From Candidatus Subterrananammoxibius californiae (GTDB lineage Bacteria; Planctomycetota; Brocadiia; Brocadiales; Subterrananammoxibiaceae): a stretch of DNA of 64,000 nucleotides. This document shows positions 20,832-30,235 of this stretch, one piece after another. The stretch spans positions 9,820 to 73,819 of the forward strand of contig JAURAC010000015.1 of NCBI GenBank assembly GCA_030586555.1, given 5' to 3'. The notes beneath the pieces were generated by a model. It made no database searches, was not told where the DNA came from, and worked only from the letters and a program-made list of their open reading frames with translations. Numbering within the stretch: the first letter of the stretch is position 1; each line of letters begins with the position of its first letter. Position numbers and translations under genes: made by a program.

Positions 20832-21831
20832 TCAGCTAAAACTCCGCCTTGCCATCTCGAGGATGTCGGAGAATTTCTTGCCTCCCTTAAACACTACGGT
20901 TGCCTCGTACCCGCAGTGCATCATGCAGTTCTTGCATCTTGGGTCCGAGCCTGAGCGATATTTCTCCCAATTGGTTGATGTCATAAACTCCTGATACGAA
21001 GCATAGTGGGTATCTGTGATGAGATAGCATGGACTTTTCCAGCCATGATAATTCCTTGTCGGGTTGCCCCAAGGGGAACAAGGTAAATCCCGCTCACCCT
21101 TTAGGAATTTCAAATAGAGGGGGCTGTTTATAACCTTGAACCTTCTGGAAAGATTATAGATAAATCCAAACTTTTGCTGAACCTCCTCACGGCAGAGGAA
21201 GATGTTGTTTTTATTATCTCCAAAGTCGAACGCTGGGGAGACAAGCATACCATCCACCTTCAGTTTTTCGAGGAATAGAAACAATTCCTCAATCTCTTCC
21301 GGGGCGGTGTTCTTGTAAATCGTGGTGTTAGTGCATACCTTAAAGCCAGAGTCTTTTGCCATTTTAATCGCTTCTGTAGCCTTCTTGAAGACGCCCCGGA
21401 TGCCAGTAATGGCGTCGTGTGTTTCTTCTAATCCATCAATGTGTACATTTATATTGAAATATGGGCTGGGTTTGAGTTTGGGGAAGGATTCAGCTAAAAG
21501 TAAGCCATTTGTGATAAGGTAGACGTGTCGTTTCCTTCTCAAGATGCCACTCACGATGTCCCCTATGTGGGGATGCATCAACGGCTCCCCCCCCTGTAAC
21601 CGAGACCACAGGGGCATCACACTCATCCACAGAGGCTAAGCAGTCCTCGGTGGTCATTAGCTCGTTGAGGGTCTCTTTGTACTCCCGTATCCTACCACAA
21701 CCCTTACAGGCAAGGTTGCAGAGATGGGTTACCTCAAGCATAAGCACAAGGGGAAACTTTTCCCTCGATGCAAGCTTGTTCTTTAATATATGTTTTGTAA
21801 GCGATGCCACCAGCCTTACCGAAACCCTCAT
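20832..21831 (-). pseudogene. hpnH: Adenosyl-hopene transferase radical SAM, frameshifted at a G8 run
   Basis: FPLVLMLEVTHLCNLACKGCG in one frame; GGEPL...CSPWGNPT...CMMHCGYE in another; junction at C8 21587-21594. Confidence 0.85.
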
Positions 21832-21987
21832 TTTGCCCCCTTTTAAGATATTGGTAAATGGTGGCACTATTATAGTGTCACCATAAAAAGCCGTGTTTAT
21901 AAATTATCGAAGCGTTGACAGATTATAATGTTATCACAGGCTAATTATGTACCAAAAGTGTGAAAAGCTTTTGAAGGTGTTATTGAG

Positions 21988-22464
21988 TTATGAGTGTATG
22001 CTGTGGACAAACTTTACATAAAGGGTTAGGGCTCCTATTACAATTGCTATTGCAATGCCAAAATAAAATGTCGTTTTGGCATCCTTCCATTCTATTAAAT
22101 GCTCCAGGAATACGATAGCAAGGATAACTACTATCATACTTATTAGCAAGTCTTTCAGGTCGTAAATATTCTTAACCACTAACCACTCAGGCGTAACCAC
22201 CCTTCCAATGAAGAGCTCAAAAAGGCCTGAGGAAAAGAGATAGAGTAGTATTGCTATGAGGATGCCATCTATGACGGTAATTACTTCTATATCTAATCGT
22301 TTTTGTTCGCTTGAATAGGGTTTAAATATATCTTTGAAGATAAACATCATTTTTTTCCCCATATTGACCAAAGACCATACAATGAGTGCAAGGGAAGCTA
22401 TAAATATAGCTGTAATACCTGCTATTATAAAATATTTACCAATGAATAGAATCGAACTTAGCAT
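21988..22464 (-). CDS. YqhA/UPF0114 family membrane protein
   Basis: 4 TM; IDGILIA...GLFELFI, DLKDLL; start after tRNA. Confidence 0.8.
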   Translation of the reverse strand: MLSSILFIGKYFIIAGITAIFIASLALIVWSLVNMGKKMMFIFKDIFKPYSSEQKRLDIEVITVIDGILIAILLYLFSSGLFELFIGRVVTPEWLVVKNIYDLKDLLISMIVVILAIVFLEHLIEWKDAKTTFYFGIAIAIVIGALTLYVKFVHSIHS

Positions 22465-22488
22465 GGTCGCCTCTTCGATGGGAAAAGA

Positions 22489-22573
22489 TGGTGCGAGAGG
22501 GGGGAGTCGAACCCCCATGGTGTTACCCACTGGATCCTAAGTCCAGCGCGTCTGCCAGTTCCGCCACTCTCGC
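22489..22573 (-). tRNA. tRNA-Leu(TAG)
   Basis: GCGAGAGTGGCGGAACTGGCAGACGCG-CTGGA-CTTAGGA-TCCAG, variable arm, GGTTCGACTCC, ACCA. Confidence 0.95.
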
Positions 22574-22578
22574 TCATA

Positions 22579-22647
22579 ATCCCCCTCTATCCCCCTGAAT
22601 CTCGTTCCCACGCTCAGCGTGGGAACGAGAAGACGGGAAAAGGGAGA
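22579..22647. repeat. Family E element with nested hairpin
   Basis: ATCCCCCTCTATCCCCC-[TCTCGTTCCCACGCTCAGCGTGGGAACGAGA]-GGGAAAAGGGAGAT. Confidence 0.65.
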
Positions 22648-23079
22648 TTAAAGTTTTGTTGAATGCACAATCTTTTCATCTATGGTCATAGCCATATCGA
22701 ATGCCTGAATGAGGAACTTATCAGCCCTTTGCAGCCTTTTAATGACCTCAGTTGCAATTTCAAGGGTGAATGCTGGATTTGTGTTTAATAATGCCTCAGC
22801 CGTTTTCTTGTCTATTGAAGATATCTTGCTTTGCCTTGTGACCTGGGCATTTGCCCTGCAATGCTCATCTGTAAGGAGCGCCATTTCACCGAAGAAATCT
22901 CCCTTACGAAATTCAGCAAACACTACTTCTTTCTTTCCAGCCTTTTTGAAGATTCTGACTCCTCCCGATAAAATAAAATACATGTGCTTGCTAAGACCAC
23001 CTTCTTTAAACAGTATACCGCCCTTCTTATAGACCTTTTCTTTACCTACCTCTTTAAAGACTTTCTGAATTTCACTCAT
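22648..23079 (-). CDS. Cyclic nucleotide-binding domain protein
   Basis: LFKEG, MYFILSGGVRI, FFGEMALL, RANAQ. Confidence 0.9.
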   Translation of the reverse strand: MSEIQKVFKEVGKEKVYKKGGILFKEGGLSKHMYFILSGGVRIFKKAGKKEVVFAEFRKGDFFGEMALLTDEHCRANAQVTRQSKISSIDKKTAEALLNTNPAFTLEIATEVIKRLQRADKFLIQAFDMAMTIDEKIVHSTKL

Positions 23080-23941
23080 TTTTGTGTTCCTTTTCGGTTT
23101 TCAAAAGAATGTCCCGTATTTTCTTCATATCATCCCAGGTTTTAGCCTTGTCATTTGGGTTCCTTAAGAGGTAAGCAGGATGATAGGTAGCCAGGAGTTT
23201 AATGCCTTTATAGTCGTAAAGTTTACCGCGAAGCATCCCGATTGGCTCTTTTGTATTGAGCAATGTTTGTGCGGCAAAGGTTCCGAGGGCACAAATTATC
23301 TTTGGCTGTATGATTTCAATTTGTTTTGCCAGATGCGGAAAGCATAATACTATTTCTTCGCCCCTCGGGCTTCTGTTTTCAGGAGGGCGGCACTTAAGGA
23401 CATTGGCAATATAAACCTGCTCTCGCTTGAGCCCAATTGACTCGATGATTTTTGTTAAAAGCTGTCCCGCCCTTCCCACGAATGGTTCTCCTTGCACGTC
23501 TTCTTCATAGCCAGGGGCTTCGCCTACGAACATTAAATCCGCTTCGGGATTACCTGAGCCAAAGACTACGTTCTTTCTACCCTTGCATAGTCCGCATTTT
23601 CTGCATACGAGAACCGCCTTCTTTAGTGCAAGCAACCTCTGTGCCTTTGACTGTCCCACTTCTTCCAGAGTGGTAGAGCGTGGTGTATACGACGACGAAC
23701 TTTCTCTAACCATATAGTTTGCTCGTCCCACTTCTTTCAAAGAAGCAGGATGTGCCTCTACAATCCCTCCGCCTGTAGCAGGTTGATGGCTGCTTTTCCT
23801 TTGCATGGAGTCAATAACGTCTATACCGACACCATTTTCAAGCTCTATCCTTGTGCGAATTATATCAATCAAGGATTGTAGTTCGGCTTTAATATCCTGA
23901 AATGAATTCAGGACAGGTTCTTGAAGGTAATTATTTTCCAC
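23072..23941 (-). CDS. Uracil-DNA glycosylase family 4
   Basis: CRKCGLC, GEAPG, NVLKCRPP, TYHPAYLLR. Confidence 0.95.
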   Translation of the reverse strand: MENNYLQEPVLNSFQDIKAELQSLIDIIRTRIELENGVGIDVIDSMQRKSSHQPATGGGIVEAHPASLKEVGRANYMVRESSSSYTPRSTTLEEVGQSKAQRLLALKKAVLVCRKCGLCKGRKNVVFGSGNPEADLMFVGEAPGYEEDVQGEPFVGRAGQLLTKIIESIGLKREQVYIANVLKCRPPENRSPRGEEIVLCFPHLAKQIEIIQPKIICALGTFAAQTLLNTKEPIGMLRGKLYDYKGIKLLATYHPAYLLRNPNDKAKTWDDMKKIRDILLKTEKEHKNE

Positions 23942-24947
23942 TGGTTAGGATTAAATTTTTTACTTCTTCCACAACCATCTTTTCGACAGACGCTATACTG
24001 CCAGTGATTTCGCACCCTGCGGCATGTTCATGTCCACCGCCGTCGAATTTTTGTGCAATCTTGTTGACATCAACACTATCCCTGCTGCGTAAGCTAACCT
24101 TGACCATATTTGGTTCCTTCGTCTCCCTTAATAGTATTCCCACCATTACTCCCTCTATAGAAGCAGGGATTTCCGAAAACTCCTGTGTGTCTATTGCAGG
24201 CGTATGTGTTGTCTCCATCATCTCACGTGTAAGATAAATAATAGCAATCCTTCCCCCGGCATCCAACCTAATGGTCTTTGTTGCAAAGGCATGTAGCAGC
24301 AATTGACCGTATGTGTTCGTCTTATAAAGGTGTTTTGCAATTTCCGCTGGGTTAGCTCCGCAATCAATAAGATATGCAGCAGCTCTAAGACTTTCGGTGG
24401 TGGTGTTAGAATGGGTGAACCGTCCGGTATCCGTAATAATGGCAACGTAAAGCGCCGTTGCAATCTCGGGGGTAATTTTTTGTGATGTTTCTTTAAGAAG
24501 ATGAAGAATTATCTCGCCTGTGGAGCTGGAGTCGGGGCAAATTAGATTAATGTTGCCGAAGTTTGAGTTGGATACATGATGGTCAATATTTATTACTGGC
24601 ACCTGCCTGAGGCAGGTTGAAAGTACGTTGCAAATTTTGCCAAGTCGCTTCAAGTCCGGGCTATCAAGTGCGATGACCAGTTCGTAATTACCATTAAGTG
24701 ACTCTGCTGAGGTGCCAAATAAGGCTGTTTCTGACAAAAAGGTATACACACGTGGAATAGAAGAATCATTAACGATGCTGGGCTCTTTGCCAAGATTTTT
24801 TAAAGCATGATACATGGCGATTTCTGAACCTACAGCGTCCCCATCGAGGCGCACATGGGCTGAAATAAGTATGCGAGTGCATTTCTCAATTGCTTTTATA
24901 ATATCGCCTATTACTGCTTTGTTGTTTTCAGGAAATTTTTCAAGCAT
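23931..24947 (-). CDS. nrnA: DHH/DHHA1 phosphoesterase (NrnA-like)
   Basis: HVRLDGDAVGS, IDHH, TDTG, SLRS, GGGHEHAAG. Confidence 0.9.
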   Translation of the reverse strand: MLEKFPENNKAVIGDIIKAIEKCTRILISAHVRLDGDAVGSEIAMYHALKNLGKEPSIVNDSSIPRVYTFLSETALFGTSAESLNGNYELVIALDSPDLKRLGKICNVLSTCLRQVPVINIDHHVSNSNFGNINLICPDSSSTGEIILHLLKETSQKITPEIATALYVAIITDTGRFTHSNTTTESLRAAAYLIDCGANPAEIAKHLYKTNTYGQLLLHAFATKTIRLDAGGRIAIIYLTREMMETTHTPAIDTQEFSEIPASIEGVMVGILLRETKEPNMVKVSLRSRDSVDVNKIAQKFDGGGHEHAAGCEITGSIASVEKMVVEEVKNLILTSGK

Positions 24948-24996
24948 AATAAGGATATGGTATTTTAGTTTCGGGTTAATGTCAAGTTTAAAAACA

Positions 24997-25048
24997 AATG
25001 CCTTCCTTCACCAGGTTGAAGCGGATGAAGGAAGGCATTTTTCTTTTC
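24997..25048. terminator. Hairpin downstream of hsp20 (putative terminator)
   Basis: AAATGCCTTCCTTCA...TGAAGGAAGGCATTT with T-rich flanks. Confidence 0.5.
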
Positions 25049-25105
25049 GACAAACAATCCGCCCATGGCATGTCGCCATGACGTGCTGAGGCGGACAGGG
25101 TCGCA

Positions 25106-25546
25106 TTATTCGACCTTTACGGTAATCTTCTTTGGTTTTGCCTTTTCCACTTTTGGCAGGGTTATCTCAAGGATACCATTCTTGCACTCAGCCTTTACCT
25201 TTTCTGAATCTACTGATTCAGGCAAAGTCACGGAGCGCATAAAGCTTCCGTATCGCCTTTCTATACGATGATAGTACCTGTCGTTTTCGTGCTTCTCTTC
25301 CTTCTTTTCCCCCTTAAGGGTCAAAGTATCACCGGAAATCGAGATATCAATATCCTTCGGGTCAAGCCCTGGGACCTCCGCCTTAACAATTACGTTATCG
25401 TTTGTTTCTGACACATCTAATTCAGGACTCCAGGCAGTCTCAAAGAAAGGTCTTTTCCTGAAGAAATCGTCAAAAAGCTGATTCATCTCATCCCTCAACG
25501 ATGTAAATGAAGGCATCTGTGGCCATTTTATTAATTCCTTACCCAT
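25106..25546 (-). CDS. Hsp20/alpha-crystallin small heat-shock protein
   Basis: AEVPGL, ERRYGSFMRS, NGILEITLPK. Confidence 0.95.
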   Translation of the reverse strand: MGKELIKWPQMPSFTSLRDEMNQLFDDFFRKRPFFETAWSPELDVSETNDNVIVKAEVPGLDPKDIDISISGDTLTLKGEKKEEKHENDRYYHRIERRYGSFMRSVTLPESVDSEKVKAECKNGILEITLPKVEKAKPKKITVKVE

Positions 25547-25661
25547 AATTGACCTCCTTCCGTAACTTGCATAAGGTGGACAAATTGCTTATTTAAAACT
25601 TTATAACATAACATTGCTACTTACCGCATATCGTACTTAACCACCCCCTTCCTGAGATTGA

Positions 25662-25719
25662 GGTAGACAACGAACTTTATGTTCGTTGAAATCAACGATG
25701 GTAAACATCGTTGTCTACC
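25662..25719. repeat. Family A doublet overlapping 3' end of marR-like gene
   Basis: Encodes terminal VDNDVYHR and the stop codon. Confidence 0.9.
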
Positions 25720-26153
25720 TTAATTTTACGAAACGCAAGAAGAAGATTATTTAATGACGCAACAACTTGTTCTCTTATATCCGCATCTATATGTCCGAAT
25801 AATGTATTAAAGTACCCACTTTGAAGTTTGTAAAGCCTCTGCTTCAAGCGCTTGCCTTCCTTAGTCAAGCGCACCATTACTAATCTTCTGTCAGCAAAAT
25901 CTGGTTTGCGCTCAATAAACCCTTCCTTAACAAGTGTATCAATCATACGTGTCATTGTACTTGTGGCAAGGGACAGCCTCTCGCTCAACTCGCTCATCTT
26001 AAGTGCATTCGTATTGTTAAAGGCAAGTAAGGTTGCCCATTGCGAAGGTGTAATACCGCAACTTATACTTGCATTTTTTTCGAGGACGTGAAATCCTCTT
26101 ATAATTTCCTGCATCAAGTCATTAAACGTTGAAATAGCATCCACATATTCCAT
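25692..26153 (-). CDS. MarR family regulator
   Basis: SQWATL, STMTRMIDTL, DRRLVMVRLTKEG. Confidence 0.92.
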   Translation of the reverse strand: MEYVDAISTFNDLMQEIIRGFHVLEKNASISCGITPSQWATLLAFNNTNALKMSELSERLSLATSTMTRMIDTLVKEGFIERKPDFADRRLVMVRLTKEGKRLKQRLYKLQSGYFNTLFGHIDADIREQVVASLNNLLLAFRKIKVDNDVYHR

Positions 26154-26202
26154 ATAGATATCTCACAATAGTTCTTATTAGCAACATTTGTATTACACAA
26201 TA

Positions 26203-26230
26203 ATTATATCATACAATTACAATTTGTCAA
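26203..26230 (-). promoter_or_regulatory. Putative sigma70 promoter of marR-hsp20
   Basis: TTGACA-N16-TATAAT. Confidence 0.55.
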
Positions 26231-26528
26231 GTAGATTTAAGAAATTTTTTTGTAAGTCTTTAAAATTTAATGAATTATAATGTTGTATGTCTTTTGTAAT
26301 CGGTAAAATTCTTCTTCATATATTTAGTGAGACCCATCTTCAGTATTGTTTTGTTCCAGATTAATAATAAAACTTAGACACAGATAAACTTTTAGGAAAT
26401 TTCGCAAGCCACTTACCTACTGCGGGCGCATCATCTTATAAAGACTGTTACCCATGTGTATATACTTTACACACTTTACCTTTTTCTCCTTGACAAAAAT
26501 TGCCTTTAACATTACATTAAAGTTAGCT

Positions 26529-26942
26529 ATGAAATATCTTACAGAATATATCACCTTTAATACGAAAAAGCACAGGGAGTTTATAAATATAACAAAAGAT
26601 GTTGATAGGGCACTCGCAAAGAGCGGGATAAAGGATGGTATGATACTTGTTTCTGCGATGCACATTACTGCGGGGGTTTTCGTTAATGCCGATGAGCCTG
26701 GGCTTTATGAAGATATTGAAAAATGGCTTCAGGATTTAGCCCCAGAGGGACCTGAATACAAACATCATAGGACGGGTGAACATAACGGCGATGCACACCT
26801 GAAAAACTTGCTCATTGGCCATCAGGTTATTGTTCCTGTAACAAGAGGTCGCCTTGACCTCGGTCCGTGGGAGCAAATCTTTTATGCAGAATTTGACGGT
26901 CAACGAAACAAAAGGATGATAATTAAGGTTATGGGTGAATAG
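26529..26942 (+). CDS. yjbQ: YjbQ/UPF0047 family protein
   Basis: [28 protein letters not shown]. Confidence 0.92.
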   Translation: MKYLTEYITFNTKKHREFINITKDVDRALAKSGIKDGMILVSAMHITAGVFVNADEPGLYEDIEKWLQDLAPEGPEYKHHRTGEHNGDAHLKNLLIGHQVIVPVTRGRLDLGPWEQIFYAEFDGQRNKRMIIKVMGE

Positions 26943-27007
26943 CCATTTAGCTCATAGTTGATAGCTCATAGCTGTTGGCTATGAGCTATCAACTGTGAAC
27001 TAACTAA
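26940..27007. repeat. Inverted 7-bp-periodic repeat
   Basis: TTAGCTC ATAGTTG ATAGCTC ATAGCTG / TTGGCTA TGAGCTA TCAACTG TGAACTA. Confidence 0.75.
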
Positions 27008-27025
27008 TTTTTGGGTGGAATTAAT

Positions 27026-29152
27026 ATGGCAGAAGTAAAGTATAAGAGTGGAAATGCAGTTGTTGTGGAAAATGTTATAAATGAGGAAGCGCCGTGCGTT
27101 GTTGCCTGCCCTATCAAGCAGGATGCACGTGACTATATACAGCTTATTGCGAGGGGCAGGTTTGAAGAAGCGCTTCGGGTAGTCCTGTCTAAGAATCCAT
27201 TCCCTTCTACATGCGGGCGTATATGCAATCATCCATGCGAGACCAAGTGCAGGCGTGCCAAGGTTGACGAGCCTATTGCAATTGCTTCCCTTAAGCGCTT
27301 CCTTGCCGACGGCAGCTTCAGCATATCTAAACCAGAGATTACTTCTTCATATTCTGAAAGGATTGCAATCATCGGCGCTGGTCCATCTGGACTTGCAGCC
27401 GCAAATGATTTGGCGTTTCTCGGATATAAGTGTACAGTCTTTGAGGCACAGTCAAAGGCTGGTGGGATGTTAAGGTTCGGTGTACCGTCCTTTCGTCTCA
27501 GCAGACATGCGCTGGATATGGATATAAACGCTATAATGAACCTTGGTGTGGAGATAAGGTTTAATACCCGTATTGGTGAAAATATACGTCTTGGCGACCT
27601 TCTAAACCAGGGCTACAAAGCCGTGTTAATTGCCGTAGGATTACAGAAGAGCAAGATGCTAAATATTGAGGGCGCCCAGCTTAACGGTATTCTTACTGCA
27701 ATACCATTTCTTTATGCTGGAAGCCGAGGGGAAGGCGTCAAATTAGGAAAGCGGACACTTATTATTGGCGGTGGCGCTGTTGCAATGGATTGTGCAAGAA
27801 CTGCTCTCAGGATGGGTTGTAAGCGTGTTCACATCGCATGCCTTGAATCCCGCAAGGAGATGCCCACTACTGATTATGAGATTGAGGAAGCTATCCACGA
27901 GGGTGCGATAATTCACACCTCTTTGGGTCCCAAACGTTTCCTTGGAAAAGATGGGAAGGTAACAGCCCTTGAAACAGTTGTGTGTAAATCTGTGTTTGAT
28001 AATAATGGAAGGTTTAACCCTACCTTTGTCGAGGGCTCCGAATCCGTTATAGAAGCAGATACTATAATCCTTGCCATAGGTCAGGCATCTGACCTATCCT
28101 TCTTGCAGGAACAAGAAGGCATTCAGGGGAAAGACGCCCTGTCTTCCATTCAGGTGACAAGGGGAGGAACTATTGCCGCTGACCTTGCAACATTATGCAC
28201 AAACATGACGGGCGTTTTTGCCTCCGGCGATGTTGTTCTTGGGAGAGGCACCCTTACCGAAGCGATAGGACAAGGCAAGAAGGCTGCCCTTGCTATTCAT
28301 GATTATTTAAGGGGCATTAAACGTAAAAAAGAAGAGGAGATTCTCCCTCTTCAGGAACTCTCATCAACAAGGCTTCAAATAATTAAAAAACAGGGCAGAC
28401 AGAGGATGCCAACGTTAGCCGATGAAGTAAGGTTAGGCACATACGAGGAGGTTGAGCTTGGGTTTTCTCCAGCACTTGCCGTAAAGGAGGCACAGCGATG
28501 TATGAATTGTGGTGCAGGGGCTGTGGTGAATCAGGATATTTGTGCTGGCTGTCTGACGTGCGTAAGGGTATGTCCATACGATGTGCCTAAGATTGCCGTT
28601 GGTGATAGCATTGCATATATAGGCTGTGATTGCCAGTCTTGCGGGATATGCGTGATAGAATGTCCTGCCGCTGCGATAAGTTTTAAGTCTACCTATGAGG
28701 ATTGGGGGGAGGCAGAACTTGAATCTGCCTTGAAGGCTCACTCTGAGCGAAGCGAAGGGGCTGAAGAACCATTGTTACTCAACTTCTATTGCCAATATAA
28801 CACATTTCCAGCCGATGAAGCCTTTGGAGAATTTGCTAAAAATGTAAAGAGAGTAAGATTCCAGTGCCTTGCCAAGGCGAACCCTCTTATATTCTTAAAG
28901 GCATTTGAAAAGGGTGCAAAAGGCATCTTTGTAACTGTATGTCCGCAGGATGAGTGCCGATTCAATAACACCATTTGCTGGGCAGAAAAGAGGGTGAAGT
29001 ATGCAAGGGGCCTCCTTGAAGCGGTTGGGATTGAAGGGAAAAGACTAAAGCTGATAAGCACCACGCCCATCAATACTGATGAGTTTATTCAATGGGCTGA
29101 TCAGGTAACAAAGGAAGCAGAAGAATTGTGTTCTCTAAAGGAGAATAAATAA
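27026..29152 (+). CDS. GltD/NfnB-like FAD-NAD(P) Fe-S oxidoreductase fused to 2x[4Fe-4S] and MvhD-like domain
   Basis: CVVACP, CGRICNHPCETKC, GAGPSG, GGGAVAMD, EAQRCMNC, two CxxCxxCxxxCP, FYC..QCLAK..AFEKGAKGI..CPQDECRF. Confidence 0.88.
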   Translation: MAEVKYKSGNAVVVENVINEEAPCVVACPIKQDARDYIQLIARGRFEEALRVVLSKNPFPSTCGRICNHPCETKCRRAKVDEPIAIASLKRFLADGSFSISKPEITSSYSERIAIIGAGPSGLAAANDLAFLGYKCTVFEAQSKAGGMLRFGVPSFRLSRHALDMDINAIMNLGVEIRFNTRIGENIRLGDLLNQGYKAVLIAVGLQKSKMLNIEGAQLNGILTAIPFLYAGSRGEGVKLGKRTLIIGGGAVAMDCARTALRMGCKRVHIACLESRKEMPTTDYEIEEAIHEGAIIHTSLGPKRFLGKDGKVTALETVVCKSVFDNNGRFNPTFVEGSESVIEADTIILAIGQASDLSFLQEQEGIQGKDALSSIQVTRGGTIAADLATLCTNMTGVFASGDVVLGRGTLTEAIGQGKKAALAIHDYLRGIKRKKEEEILPLQELSSTRLQIIKKQGRQRMPTLADEVRLGTYEEVELGFSPALAVKEAQRCMNCGAGAVVNQDICAGCLTCVRVCPYDVPKIAVGDSIAYIGCDCQSCGICVIECPAAAISFKSTYEDWGEAELESALKAHSERSEGAEEPLLLNFYCQYNTFPADEAFGEFAKNVKRVRFQCLAKANPLIFLKAFEKGAKGIFVTVCPQDECRFNNTICWAEKRVKYARGLLEAVGIEGKRLKLISTTPINTDEFIQWADQVTKEAEELCSLKENK

Positions 29153-29452
29153 ATGAAAGCCGCTTTGATTTTTACAGGAAGCAGTCCATTGCTGATACTT
29201 ACTTCTTATCCCTCGTTAAAAGATGAGCGATTTATAGACAAACTAAAACACAAAGGAATAAACAAGTATATTGCATTTGAAATCCCTGTAGAAAGTACAA
29301 GGGAAAAGTATGGGATGAGGTTCGAGGTAATTTCGAGTGACCTTGGGAAGACTGAAGACATGAGAGTTCTTGATTATAACGGTCATCTTGCCTTTGAAAG
29401 GTTTTCTTTTAAAGAACTGGGTGAAATGATAACTCACGAAGAATCTGCTTGA
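29153..29452 (+). CDS. Conserved hypothetical cytosolic protein
   Basis: Abuts upstream stop; GSSPLLILTS, KGINKYIAFE, RVLDYNG. Confidence 0.7.
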   Translation: MKAALIFTGSSPLLILTSYPSLKDERFIDKLKHKGINKYIAFEIPVESTREKYGMRFEVISSDLGKTEDMRVLDYNGHLAFERFSFKELGEMITHEESA

Positions 29453-29503
29453 GCCTGTCTGCGTGCGGACACGCACAGGCAGGGTAGATGAAAGGTTTTG
29501 AAT

Positions 29504-30235
29504 ATGATAGTAGCGGATATAAAACCATTTAAAGAAATAATGAGGCTGGTAAAGAATTACCGTAAGATTTGTGTTATTGGCTGCGGTACTTGTGTAACGG
29601 TGTGCCATGCCGGTGGGCAGAAGCAGGTATCCGAGGTAGCTGCTCAGCTCAGGCTGGCAGCGAAACTGGAAAAGAAGCACCTGGAAGTAGGGGAGGAAAC
29701 TATCCTCAGGCAGTGCGAGCATGAATTTATAGATTCCCTCGAAGGACTTGTACAAAAGTATGATGCAATTGTCTCTCTTGGATGCGGGATTGGTGTCCAA
29801 ATGCTTGCCGAAAGATTTCCCCATACCAGGATTCTCCCTGGACTCAATACAAAGTTTATGGGCGCTCCTACAGAGCCTGGAATCTTTTGGGAAAGATGCG
29901 TGGGGTGCGGTAACTGTATACTGGCAGAGACGGGCGGGTTTTGTCCTGTAACACGTTGCGCAAAGGGCTTGCTAAATGGGCCCTGCGGCGGCTCTCAGAA
30001 TGGTCTCTGTGAGGTCTCGCCGGATACTCCATGTGTATGGCAGCTCATTTACGAACAACTTGAAGCACAGGGAATGCTTGATACCATGGAAGCAATAACT
30101 CCTCCAAAGGATTGGTCTGTAGGGCAGGGGGGATGTGGCCCTCGCAGGTTAGTGCTGGAACACCTTGTTGAAGAAGAAAAAGATAAACATAAAATTGCTG
30201 AAAAGGTATTGACGAGAAATGATTGTAAAAAGTGA
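29504..30235 (+). CDS. metV: Methylene-THF reductase small Fe-S subunit
   Basis: GCGTCVTVC, RQC, CGIGVQ, CVGCGNC, CPVTRCAKGLLNGPCGG, CVW. Confidence 0.9.
   Translation: MIVADIKPFKEIMRLVKNYRKICVIGCGTCVTVCHAGGQKQVSEVAAQLRLAAKLEKKHLEVGEETILRQCEHEFIDSLEGLVQKYDAIVSLGCGIGVQMLAERFPHTRILPGLNTKFMGAPTEPGIFWERCVGCGNCILAETGGFCPVTRCAKGLLNGPCGGSQNGLCEVSPDTPCVWQLIYEQLEAQGMLDTMEAITPPKDWSVGQGGCGPRRLVLEHLVEEEKDKHKIAEKVLTRNDCKK

Noticed and set aside
22465-22530. N-terminal extension of the YqhA ORF
   Set aside because: Overlaps tRNA-Leu.
12422-22573. Intact integrative element between the two tRNAs
   Set aside because: Integrase is a fragment, and I found no duplicated tRNA end (att site) by eye.
23720-23790. 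Weak hairpins in the UDG N-terminal linker
   Set aside because: May be old inserts, but no clear second copy in the window.
29243-29824. 193-aa antisense ORF and other shadow ORFs (e.g. 300-719, 33744-34304, 58727-59203)
   Set aside because: Overlap well-supported genes on the opposite strand or in another frame.
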